Notes under the pieces: generated by a model
The model's input: the letters and a program-made list of their open reading frames with translations, nothing else
What the model was told of the DNA's origin: nothing
Databases searched by the model: none
Shown: positions 1-7,139 of the stretch, one piece after another
Position numbering within the stretch: the stretch's first letter is position 1
How the letters are laid out: every line of letters begins with the position of its first letter
Source of the DNA: Actinomycetota bacterium
Lineage (GTDB): Bacteria; Actinomycetota; Acidimicrobiia; IMCC26256; JACDBD01
DNA length: 48,231 bases
NCBI GenBank assembly: GCA_046727755.1
Contig: JBKPDG010000002.1
Location: 1-48,231, forward strand
Direction: 5' to 3'
Made by a program: the position numbers and the translations under genes

Positions 1-665
1 CCCACGATCGGCGCCAGCTGCGCGGCGTAGGCGGCGGGATCGGTCACGACGCGCGGGTTCGCCCACACCGTCTGCTGCGGCACGGACGCCGCCAGGTCGT
101 GGCCGTTCCGGTCGAACACGCTGCCGCGCTCGGCCGCGAGCTGCACCTTGCGGACGCGCTGATCGAACCCGAGCTGCGCGTAACGCTCCCGGCCGAGGGC
201 CTGGAGGTCCACGAGGCGCGCGCCGACGGCCAGGAAGACGAGGACCAGTACGACGAGGAGGCCGATCAGGCGGCGCCGGGTTGTGCCCGGTCGCGGCCGC
301 CAGGCGCGGAGCTTCGCCTGACGTTGCCGCCGCCGCGCCCGGTGACGCGCGAACTGGTCGCGCCCGACTTCGTGAACCGTGCGCGCGCTGTGTCGGAGAA
401 GCGGCGCGAGCCGGTCGCGACCGATCTGGTGCGCTGTGCGGGCCGCGCGCCGTAGGAACGGTACGACGACCGGCTTGTGAACGGGCGGGGTCCGGGGCGC
501 GCGGCGTGCCGGTTGCTGTACAGAGCGAGGAGAGCGACCGACGGGTTGGACGCGCGCGCGGGTCGGCTGCGCCGTCCGGCGAACGCCGCCGGGCCTACGT
601 GTGCGGGCTCGGGTCGCGCCGGCCGCGGTCGGGAGCCTCGGGATCCTCCGGCCCCGGAGCTCCAT
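1..665 (-). CDS. ftsI: Penicillin-binding protein / peptidoglycan D,D-transpeptidase FtsI-like, N-terminal part (gene continues beyond window start)
   Basis: Absent from the ORF track because it runs off the window edge. Manual minus-strand translation gives M-ELRGRR...RRRLIGLLVVLVLVFLAVGARLVDLQALGRERYAQLGFDQRVRKVQLAAERGSVFDRNGHDLAASVPQQTVWANPRVVTDPAAYAAQLAPIV. That is an Arg-rich tail, one TM helix and the start of a PBP dimerisation domain. It sits directly after ftsL in the canonical mraZ-rsmH-ftsL-ftsI order. ATG at 665; alternative TTG at 707. Confidence 0.7.
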   Translation of the reverse strand, partial: MELRGRRIPRLPTAAGATRARTRRPGGVRRTAQPTRARVQPVGRSPRSVQQPARRAPRTPPVHKPVVVPFLRRAARTAHQIGRDRLAPLLRHSARTVHEVGRDQFARHRARRRQRQAKLRAWRPRPGTTRRRLIGLLVVLVLVFLAVGARLVDLQALGRERYAQLGFDQRVRKVQLAAERGSVFDRNGHDLAASVPQQTVWANPRVVTDPAAYAAQLAPIV

Positions 666-690
666 CCGGCGGGTGCCGGCCCCACGCGCG

Positions 691-1203
691 TCACGGCTGG
701 GTGCCAAGGTGGGGCTTCACCTTCTTCCACCCCTCCTGCAACGTCGTCGACGTCTGGTCCGGCGCCGGGGCGGACGGTGGCGCTTCGGGCACAACGAGGT
801 AGGTGGGCACGTCGCCGGCGCGCGCCATGCCCAGGGCGGTGGCCCGAGCGACGACGGCCGCCGGTGAGGTCTGTTGCGCGTACTGGAGGCGAAGTTGCTG
901 GTACTGGTCGCGCGCGGCGGCGGTCTGCCGCTCGAGCCGGTCCAGCTCGAGCTGGCCCTGCGCGAGCTGCACGTGGAAGGCCACGGCCGCGAACAGCGCG
1001 ATGACGACCAGCGCGCCGAGGAGCCAGGCGACGCGCCGGACGCGGCGGGTCTGAACGCGGGCCGCGTTGTCGACGACGCGCAGGCGCGGCTTCCGCGTGC
1101 TCGCGGGCGCCCGAAGCGGTGCCGGCCGCGCGACGCGCGACGTCGTTGGCGTACGTCGCGCGGCCGGACGTGCCGCTCGGAGCGCGCTGGCAGAGCTACT
1201 CAT
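691..1203 (-). CDS. ftsL: Cell division protein FtsL-like (single-pass membrane, coiled-coil)
   Basis: 170-aa ORF with a basic N-terminal tail, one TM helix (VAWLLGALVVIALFAAVAF) and a Q/L-rich coiled segment. Its start overlaps the rsmH stop by 4 nt (ATGA at 1200-1203). Its position in the dcw cluster fits. Confidence 0.65.
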   Translation of the reverse strand: MSSSASALRAARPAARRTPTTSRVARPAPLRAPASTRKPRLRVVDNAARVQTRRVRRVAWLLGALVVIALFAAVAFHVQLAQGQLELDRLERQTAAARDQYQQLRLQYAQQTSPAAVVARATALGMARAGDVPTYLVVPEAPPSAPAPDQTSTTLQEGWKKVKPHLGTQP

Positions 1204-2135
1204 GACGCCCGGACCTTCTCGACCGCCCGCAGCCGCGCGCTGGCCGATCGCGGGTTCTCGGCGACTTCGTCGGCCGCAGGTCGGCGGGGTCGGCGCGTGA
1301 CGAGGCGTACCAGCGGGTGGCGCTCACGTGTCACCGGCATGCCGGGCGGTTCGGGGTCGTCGCGTCCGGCCCATGCGGCGAAGCGCCGCTTGACCAGCCG
1401 GTCCTCGAGAGAGTGGTATGCGACGACCAGGATGCGCCCACCCGGCGTGAGCAGGTGCACCGACTCGTCCAGGCCCGCGGCCAGGTTCGGCAGCTCGCGG
1501 TTGACCTCCATGCGGATCGCCTGGAACGTGCGACGGGCCGGATGACGGCCGCGACGTCGCGCGGGGGCCGGAATCCCGGCGCGCACCGCGTCCACCAGCT
1601 CGCCGGTGGTGCGCACGGGCCGGGCGGTGACGATGGCGCGCGCGATCCGCTTCGCGAACCGCTCTTCCCCGTTGCCAGCGATGATCGCGGCGAGGTCGTC
1701 CTCGGCGTACGTGTTCACGACCTCGGCTGCACTCAGCTCCTGGGCGCTGTCCATGCGCATGTCGAGCGGCGCGTCGGCCCAGTAGGAGAAGCCGCGCTCG
1801 CTCCGGTCGAGCTGCGGGCTGCTCACGCCCAGGTCGAACAAGATCCCCACGATGTTCCCCTCGCGTTCGGTGCTCACGATCCCGGCGAGGTCCTCGAACC
1901 CGCCCCGCACGACCCGGGCCCGCGGCCCGAATCCCGCCAGGGTGTCCCGGGCCGCCGTCGCGGCGTCCGGGTCACGGTCGATGCCGAGGACGCGCACGTC
2001 GTCCCTGGCTTCCAGCACGAGGCGGGCGTGCCCGCCGCCGCCGACCGTCGCGTCGACGATCAATCCGGGCGGGACGGGCGCCAGGAGCTCCGTGACCTCC
2101 CGGCCCATCACCGGGTGATGTACGAACTCCGGCAC
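1200..2135 (-). CDS. rsmH: 16S rRNA (cytosine1402-N4)-methyltransferase RsmH (MraW)
   Basis: 311-aa ORF. The opening HHPVMGREVTELL...DATVGGGGHA...GIDRDPDA...FDLGVSSPQLD...RGFSY...LDMRMD is the RsmH signature. It lies downstream of mraZ. Confidence 0.95.
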   Translation of the reverse strand: MPEFVHHPVMGREVTELLAPVPPGLIVDATVGGGGHARLVLEARDDVRVLGIDRDPDAATAARDTLAGFGPRARVVRGGFEDLAGIVSTEREGNIVGILFDLGVSSPQLDRSERGFSYWADAPLDMRMDSAQELSAAEVVNTYAEDDLAAIIAGNGEERFAKRIARAIVTARPVRTTGELVDAVRAGIPAPARRRGRHPARRTFQAIRMEVNRELPNLAAGLDESVHLLTPGGRILVVAYHSLEDRLVKRRFAAWAGRDDPEPPGMPVTRERHPLVRLVTRRPRRPAADEVAENPRSASARLRAVEKVRAS

Positions 2136-2160
2136 CGCGCGCCCCCTCGTGCGCTCCCGG

Positions 2161-2280
2161 GTCTGCCACCAGCCCCCCGGACAACGAGCGCCGCTCGGTT
2201 GTCTCCCCGAATCGACTCGGTTGGAAAGCGGGCGGAGTAGGGGCTCTCAACCGTGTCGCCCAGGGGGCTGGTGGCAGGCC
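2161..2280 (-). promoter_or_regulatory. Structured RNA element in the mraZ-rsmH spacer (candidate mraW-type RNA motif)
   Basis: In the 204-nt gap, plus-strand 2161-2180 (gtctgccaccagccccccgg) and 2260-2279 (ccagggggctggtggcaggc) are reverse complements. They would form a ~18-bp helix enclosing ~80 nt that contains at least two further hairpins (cgguug/caaccg and gacaaccgagc/gcucguuguc on the transcript). A conserved RNA motif upstream of mraW is described for Actinobacteria. Confidence 0.45.
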
Positions 2281-2339
2281 CGCGAGGACCTCACCATCGA
2301 TTGTCAACTGCTCTGTGCTGTGTCGTGCGCGCGCCCTCG

Positions 2340-2768
2340 TCAGATGCCGAAGTCGGGCAGCTCGTCGGATTCGTTGAGGCTGTGCTCACCCTCCCGGTCG
2401 CGCTCCTGCCAGCGGCGGCCGTCCCAGATCTCGACCCGGGAGAAGACCCCCGCCACCACCACGTCGCGGTCGAGGCCGGCGTACTCCCGGAGGTGCTGCG
2501 GGATCGCGATGCGTCCCTGCTTGTCGGGCGTGACCTCGGCGGTGCCGGCGAAGAACGACCGGGCCGCGTCCAGCTCCCGCCGCCCCCGCTTGGACGCCTC
2601 TCGGACCCGGTCTGCCACCTCGCTGAACTCCTGCGCCGCGTACACGGAGAGGCAGCCGCCTCTCCCTTTCGTCACGTAGGCGCCACCCGACAGCTGGTCG
2701 CGGTACTTCGAGGGCAGGATCACCCGCCCCTTGGCGTCCAGGGAGTGTTGGTACTCCCCGAGGAACAT
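2340..2768 (-). CDS. mraZ: Transcriptional regulator MraZ
   Basis: 142-aa ORF MFLGEYQHSLDAKGRVILPSKYR...KQGRIAIPQHLREYAGL with two SpoVT/AbrB-like DxxxR repeats, which is diagnostic of MraZ. The SD GAGGGAG lies 4 nt upstream of the ATG. Confidence 0.95.
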   Translation of the reverse strand: MFLGEYQHSLDAKGRVILPSKYRDQLSGGAYVTKGRGGCLSVYAAQEFSEVADRVREASKRGRRELDAARSFFAGTAEVTPDKQGRIAIPQHLREYAGLDRDVVVAGVFSRVEIWDGRRWQERDREGEHSLNESDELPDFGI

Positions 2769-2837
2769 CTGGCTCCCTCGCCCGTCGGTCGTCGCCCCGA
2801 AGACGGCGAATCGCTCCCCCGTCCTCCACTTCGCGCC

Positions 2838-2866
2838 ACCCTACGCCCCGATCCCCCACAGGTCAA
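2838..2866 (-). promoter_or_regulatory. Candidate dcw/mraZ promoter with phased GTGG boxes
   Basis: On the minus strand: TTGACC (2866-2861), a 17-nt spacer, then TAGGGT (2843-2838), which fits the actinobacterial TANNNT -10. This sits about 70 nt upstream of the mraZ ATG. GTGG boxes (plus-strand CCAC at 2826, 2836, 2856, 2878) flank and overlap it. Confidence 0.4.
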
Positions 2867-3034
2867 CCCTCTGGCCCCCACCGGCCCCCCGATCGTCGGG
2901 GCGATGCCGAAGCGGACGGCATGCAGGGGTGACGGCGGTCACGGAGCTTCGGTCGCAAGAACGGCCCGCCTGCTCCGACTACGTGCGGGAGGACCCACTC
3001 TCACCAGCCGGGACGGCACGACACGACACGACGA

Positions 3035-3955
3035 TTGGAGACGGAGATGAAGGTTCCGAGGATCGGCGTGAGCCTGCCGCACTTCGGCCCGTACGCCGGG
3101 CCGGATGCCGTCGTCACCGTTGCGCAGGCCGCCGAGCGCGTCGGGTTCCATGCGGTGTCGGTCAGCGAACGCCTGCTGATGCCGGTCCGGCCGGACTGGA
3201 GCAACGACGCCGAGCTGCCCGAGTCCCACGTGTGGGACCCGCTGGAGATGCTGACCTGGGCGGCCGCACACACCGCGCGGATTCGGGTGAGCACGGGCGT
3301 CGTGAACGCCATCTTCCAGCCGCCGATCGTGCTCGCGCGCCGGTTGGCAACGCTCGACCAGCTCTCCCGCGGCCGGCTCGACGCCGGCGTCGGCCAGGGC
3401 GGGGGCGGTACGGCCGAGACGTCCTACCTGATCCCCGAGGAGTTCACCGCCGCTGGTGTTCCGATCGAGCGGCGGGGGTCCGGATTCGTCGAGCACGTGG
3501 CAGCCATGCGGGCCTGCTGGGGACCGGACCCGGTCGAGTTCCACGGAGACCGCTACGAGATCCCGCGGTCGACGATCGGCCCGAAGCCCTACGCCGGCAC
3601 GATCCCCCTGTTCTTCGGCGCCCTGACGCGCACGACCATCGAGCGTGCCGCGCACCTGGCCGATGGCGTGGTGCTCGTCGCCGTCGACTGGGAAGAGACG
3701 CGCACCAAGATCGCCTGGTACCGGAACGCAGGCGGCACCGGCACCGTGGTGGTCAACACGATCCCGAGCTACCCGGACGCAACGATCTCTGCCGCGACCT
3801 TCACCGACGCCGCGCTGGCCGACCTCGACCGTGCCGCCGACGCCGGAGCCGACGAGATGCACATCTCGCTGAATCTCATAATCCCGGTCCCACCCGACCG
3901 GCAAGCCGAATTGCTCGGAACCCTCGCCGCCAAACTCGGCCTCGAGCAGACCTGA
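3035..3955 (+). CDS. LLM-class (luciferase-like) flavin/F420-dependent oxidoreductase
   Basis: 306-aa ORF. The N-terminus KVPRIGVSLPHFGPYAGPDAVVTVAQAAERVGFHAVSVSERL is typical of the luciferase-like monooxygenase fold family. Codon third positions are G+C-rich. Confidence 0.85.
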   Translation: METEMKVPRIGVSLPHFGPYAGPDAVVTVAQAAERVGFHAVSVSERLLMPVRPDWSNDAELPESHVWDPLEMLTWAAAHTARIRVSTGVVNAIFQPPIVLARRLATLDQLSRGRLDAGVGQGGGGTAETSYLIPEEFTAAGVPIERRGSGFVEHVAAMRACWGPDPVEFHGDRYEIPRSTIGPKPYAGTIPLFFGALTRTTIERAAHLADGVVLVAVDWEETRTKIAWYRNAGGTGTVVVNTIPSYPDATISAATFTDAALADLDRAADAGADEMHISLNLIIPVPPDRQAELLGTLAAKLGLEQT

Positions 3956-3977
3956 GCTGACGGCGACCGGTTAGGCC

Positions 3978-4006
3978 GCGGCGGCGGCTTTGCCGCTCGC
4001 CGCCGC
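3978..4006 (+). terminator. GC-rich hairpin downstream of the LLM gene (terminator candidate, no U-tract)
   Basis: gcggcggcGGCtttGCCgctcgccgccgc: an 8-bp outer stem plus a 3-bp inner stem with a 4-nt bulge. It starts 23 nt after the stop codon at 3953-3955. Confidence 0.3.
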
Positions 4007-4022
4007 ACGAGCCGGAGCTTGC

Positions 4023-4065
4023 GACGGCGACCGGTTACCGGTTAGGCAACGACGCGGTCGCCGTC
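4023..4065. terminator. 11-bp perfect inverted repeat spanning the HNH gene stop codon
   Basis: gacggcgaccg (4023-4033) pairs with cggtcgccgtc (4055-4065) around a 21-nt loop that holds the HNH stop (tta, 4042-4044). It lies between convergent genes. Confidence 0.3.
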
Positions 4066-4551
4066 GGGAAGGTAGGGCTCCCAGAGGGGGTCGATGGAGC
4101 CGACAGTGGCGATCAGCCAGAGCGACGCGTGGGGCGCCCGGGGGTGGCGGCGGAGCGAGAGGCCGCACTCCTGCGGGAGGCGGTCCTCTTTGCGCGCGTT
4201 GCAGGCGCGACAGGACGCAACGACGTTGTCCCACGTGTGCTCGCCGCCCCGGGACCGGGGCACGACGTGGTCGATGTTCTCGGCGCTGTGGTTGCAGTAC
4301 TGGCAGCGGTGACGGTCGCGAGCGAAGACCGCCCGCCGTGAGAGCGGCACCCGGTTGCGGAACGGCACCCGCACGAAGTGCACAAGACGGATCACCGAGG
4401 GGATGGGAAGGACGGCGCGTTCGGAGTGCAGCTCACCGCCGTTGCGGGCGATGATCTCCGCCTTGTCCTTCAAGATGAGGACGACCGCCCTGCGCATCGG
4501 CACGACGCAGAGCGGCTCGAAGCTGGCGTTGAGCAGCAGCGCTCTCCCCAA
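4042..4551 (-). CDS. HNH endonuclease (small, actinobacterial conserved type)
   Basis: Carries the HNH/zinc motif RHRCQYCNH...IDHVVPRSRGGEHTWDNVVASCRACNARK. I moved the start from the ORF-track 4644 to the TTG at 4551, because a perfect GGAGG sits 10 nt upstream and the product then begins GRALLLNASFEPL. The 4552-4644 extension also overlaps the small ORF that ends at 4599. Confidence 0.85.
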   Translation of the reverse strand: MGRALLLNASFEPLCVVPMRRAVVLILKDKAEIIARNGGELHSERAVLPIPSVIRLVHFVRVPFRNRVPLSRRAVFARDRHRCQYCNHSAENIDHVVPRSRGGEHTWDNVVASCRACNARKEDRLPQECGLSLRRHPRAPHASLWLIATVGSIDPLWEPYLPDGDRVVA

Positions 4552-4598
4552 GCGTTCGAGACCTCCTTCTCCCGGCGTTTCGCCGTGCCGGCGGCAGT

Positions 4599-4829
4599 CT
4601 ACCGGGAGGTCCCTCGCGAGAGACGCGCCATCTGACGGCACCATTCGAGGTACGTGATCACGTCCTGCGACTCGGGCTCGTGATCAGAGCCGTACTGCGT
4701 CTCCAGGCGGTACCGGAGGTACTCGCGGTCGGGGACGGGCAGGAACGGCGGGCGGCGCCACCAGTGCGGTCGGGCGAGGCGCCCGGCCTGCGCGATCGCG
4801 GTAGTCCAGAGCCGCGGTCGTCGCGCCAC
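4599..4829 (-). CDS. Small hypothetical protein (about 76-94 aa) hidden in the tail of a long artefactual ORF
   Basis: The C-terminal part of ORF 4599..5804(-) reads ...RLWTTAIAQAGRLARPHWWRRPPFLPVPDREYLRYRLETQYGSDHEPESQDVITYLEWCRQMARLSRGTSR. It has non-repetitive composition and strongly G/C-ending codons. The rest of that ORF is antisense to moxR. Candidate starts are GTG 4829 or GTG 4883. Confidence 0.5.
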   Translation of the reverse strand: MARRPRLWTTAIAQAGRLARPHWWRRPPFLPVPDREYLRYRLETQYGSDHEPESQDVITYLEWCRQMARLSRGTSR

Positions 4830-4937
4830 GGCGCCAGCGGCACGGGCCCAGAAACGAGGGCCGCCGGTTGCGTTGACCCGCACGGCGGGCGACCGTAGCG
4901 GGCCCGATCGGCGCCGCCCACGCCTTAGGCTGACGCC

Positions 4938-5906
4938 GTGCAAACCGCGCCTGCTCCGCGCCACACGTCGTTCGGAGCCCTGTTCGACGCCCTCCTGGCC
5001 AATGTCGAACGCGTGATCCAGGGCAAGCGCGAGCCGGTGCGCCTGGCGCTCGTGTGCCTGTTCGCGGAGGGCCACCTCCTCATCGAGGACGTCCCCGGCG
5101 TCGGCAAGACGTCGATGGCGAAGGCCCTCGCCCGGTCGATCGACGGGACATGGAGCCGGATCCAGTTCACACCGGACCTGCTCCCGTCCGATGTGACGGG
5201 CGTGTCGGTGTGGAACCGGGTCGCCAACGAGTTCGAGTTCCGTCCCGGCGGCGTGTTCGCCGACGTCGTCCTCGCCGACGAGATCAACCGCGCGTCCCCC
5301 AAGACCCAGTCCGCGCTGCTCGAAGCCATGGAGGAGCGCCAGGTGACCGTGGATGCGCACACCTATGGCCTTCCGCGGCCGTTCATGGTGATCGCCACGC
5401 AGAACCCCATCGAGCTCGAGGGCACCTATCCCCTCCCCGAAGCGCAGCTCGACCGGTTCCTCATGCGCATCCAGATGGGCTATCCGAGCCACGATGCCGA
5501 GCGCGCCATCCTCGGGACGCACGGGAGCCACGCCAGCGTCGAGGAGCTGGCGCCGGTCACGTCGGCGGGTGAGGTGGTCGCGGGCGCCCGGAGCGTCGCC
5601 GACCTGCACGTCGCCGACAACATCAAGGCCTACATCGTGGATCTCGTCACTGCGACCCGACAGCATCGCGACCTCGCCCTCGGTGTCAGCCCCCGGGGGG
5701 CGCTCGCGTTGCAACGCGCCGCCCGCGCGTTGGCTGCCAGCATCGGACGGGACTACGTCGTGCCCGACGACGTGAAGCGCCTCGCGGTCGCGGTGCTCGA
5801 GCACCGGTTGCTGCTCGCGCCCGACGCCCAGCTGCGGGGGGCCGCGCCCGGCGACGTCGTGCGCGAGCTGCTCGCATCGGTGCCGGTGCCGGGCGCAACC
5901 GGCTGA
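4938..5906 (+). CDS. moxR: MoxR-family AAA+ ATPase
   Basis: 322-aa ORF containing [33 protein letters not shown] (Walker A), [21 protein letters not shown] (Walker B/sensor) and [22 protein letters not shown]. Confidence 0.95.
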   Translation: MQTAPAPRHTSFGALFDALLANVERVIQGKREPVRLALVCLFAEGHLLIEDVPGVGKTSMAKALARSIDGTWSRIQFTPDLLPSDVTGVSVWNRVANEFEFRPGGVFADVVLADEINRASPKTQSALLEAMEERQVTVDAHTYGLPRPFMVIATQNPIELEGTYPLPEAQLDRFLMRIQMGYPSHDAERAILGTHGSHASVEELAPVTSAGEVVAGARSVADLHVADNIKAYIVDLVTATRQHRDLALGVSPRGALALQRAARALAASIGRDYVVPDDVKRLAVAVLEHRLLLAPDAQLRGAAPGDVVRELLASVPVPGATG

Positions 5907-5912
5907 GCTTCG

Positions 5913-7139
5913 ATGCGCCCGACGCCGCGCGTCCTCACCCGCCGGGGTTGGAGCCTTGCCGGGGCGGCGCTCGGACTCGCCGTCGCCGGGCGACTGCTCG
6001 GCACGGTCGAACTGTGGATTCTGGCGACAGGGATCGCGCTGTTACTCCTCACGAGCATGGTGTGGGCCCGGTCGCGCGGCTACGAGCTCGTCGCCCGCCG
6101 CGCGGTCCGGCCGGCGCGCCTCTACGTCGGGGGCGACGGGCGCGTCGACCTCACGGTCGCGAACCACTCTGACGGCGCGACCCCCCTCCTGACGGTGACG
6201 GACGTCTTCGACGACGGCCGTCGCGCGGCGCGCTTCGTGCTCCCGTCCCTGCCGTCCGGCGAGTCCGCCAAAGCCGCGTACCGTCTCCCGACCAACCGGC
6301 GGGGCCGGTTCCGGATCGGCCCGCTGGCGGTGTCGGCCTCGGATCCGTTCGGGCTCGCCCGCCGCACGTGGACGCTCACGGCGCGCAGCGAGGTGCTCGT
6401 GTGCCCCCGCGTCCACGACATCCTCGCCCCGCGCCAAGCCGGCGGCCGGCTCGTCGCGTCGGTCGAGACCGCCCACGCCCGCGCCCAAGCGGCCGACGGT
6501 GAGGATTTCCTCACGCTGCGGGAGTACGAGGTTGGTGACGACCTGCGGCGCGTCCACTGGCGTTCGACGGCCCGCGTCGGCGATCTCATGATCCGCCAGG
6601 ACGAGGCCCAGTGGCGCGCCCGCGCCATCGTCGTGCTCGACACGCGGCCCGCCACACACGATGCCCGGTCGTTCGAGACGGCGATCGAGGCGACGGCGTC
6701 GATCGTCGACCGTCTCACGCGGATGCGCCGCCGCGTCGAGGTGATCGCGAGCAACGGGCAGTCGCTCGGTGCGCCGACGGCACGGTCGGGATGGGCCGTG
6801 ATGGACCGGCTGGCGACGATCGAGCCGGGCGGCGAAGACCGCCTGGCGGGCCTGCTCGCGTCGCTGCGCGCGCACCGGCGCGCCGCGTTGGTCGTGGCCG
6901 TCGTCGGATCCCTGGGCGCTGTCGAGCTCGACGCGCTCGGCGCGCTCACGGCCCACGGCACTGCGGTGATGGTCGCCACCCGCCCCATCACAGACCCGCC
7001 GCCCGCGCTCGTCGCGTGGTCCGGTCTCGTCACCGTGGACGCGTCCCGCCTGCCCTTCCCGACCGCCTGGAACCAGGCAATGACCCGATGGCATCTCGCA
7101 CCTCCACCTGGCTCAGCACGCTCGCCCTCGCCGCGCTGA
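5913..7139 (+). CDS. DUF58 domain protein (MoxR-associated, vWA-like)
   Basis: 408-aa ORF with two N-terminal TM helices and the DUF58 core motif GEDFLTLREYEVGDDLRRVHWRSTAR. It starts 7 nt after moxR. Confidence 0.9.
   Translation: MRPTPRVLTRRGWSLAGAALGLAVAGRLLGTVELWILATGIALLLLTSMVWARSRGYELVARRAVRPARLYVGGDGRVDLTVANHSDGATPLLTVTDVFDDGRRAARFVLPSLPSGESAKAAYRLPTNRRGRFRIGPLAVSASDPFGLARRTWTLTARSEVLVCPRVHDILAPRQAGGRLVASVETAHARAQAADGEDFLTLREYEVGDDLRRVHWRSTARVGDLMIRQDEAQWRARAIVVLDTRPATHDARSFETAIEATASIVDRLTRMRRRVEVIASNGQSLGAPTARSGWAVMDRLATIEPGGEDRLAGLLASLRAHRRAALVVAVVGSLGAVELDALGALTAHGTAVMVATRPITDPPPALVAWSGLVTVDASRLPFPTAWNQAMTRWHLAPPPGSARSPSPR

Noticed and set aside
4599-5804. Long ORFs antisense to clearly homologous genes. 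Examples are 4599..5804(-), 6042..7094(-), 6122..7225(-), 8216..9667(-), 11022..12815(+), 24516..26447(-), 27027..28103(-), 29988..32675(+), 33688..34920(-), 38734..39966(-) and 47116..48117(-).
   Set aside because: They have Arg/Pro/Gly/Ala-rich composition and no motifs. Each lies opposite a gene with strong family signatures. This is the expected stop-codon-poor antisense artefact of DNA with about 70% G+C. Only the 3' tail of 4599..5804 looks genuinely coding, and that part is reported separately.
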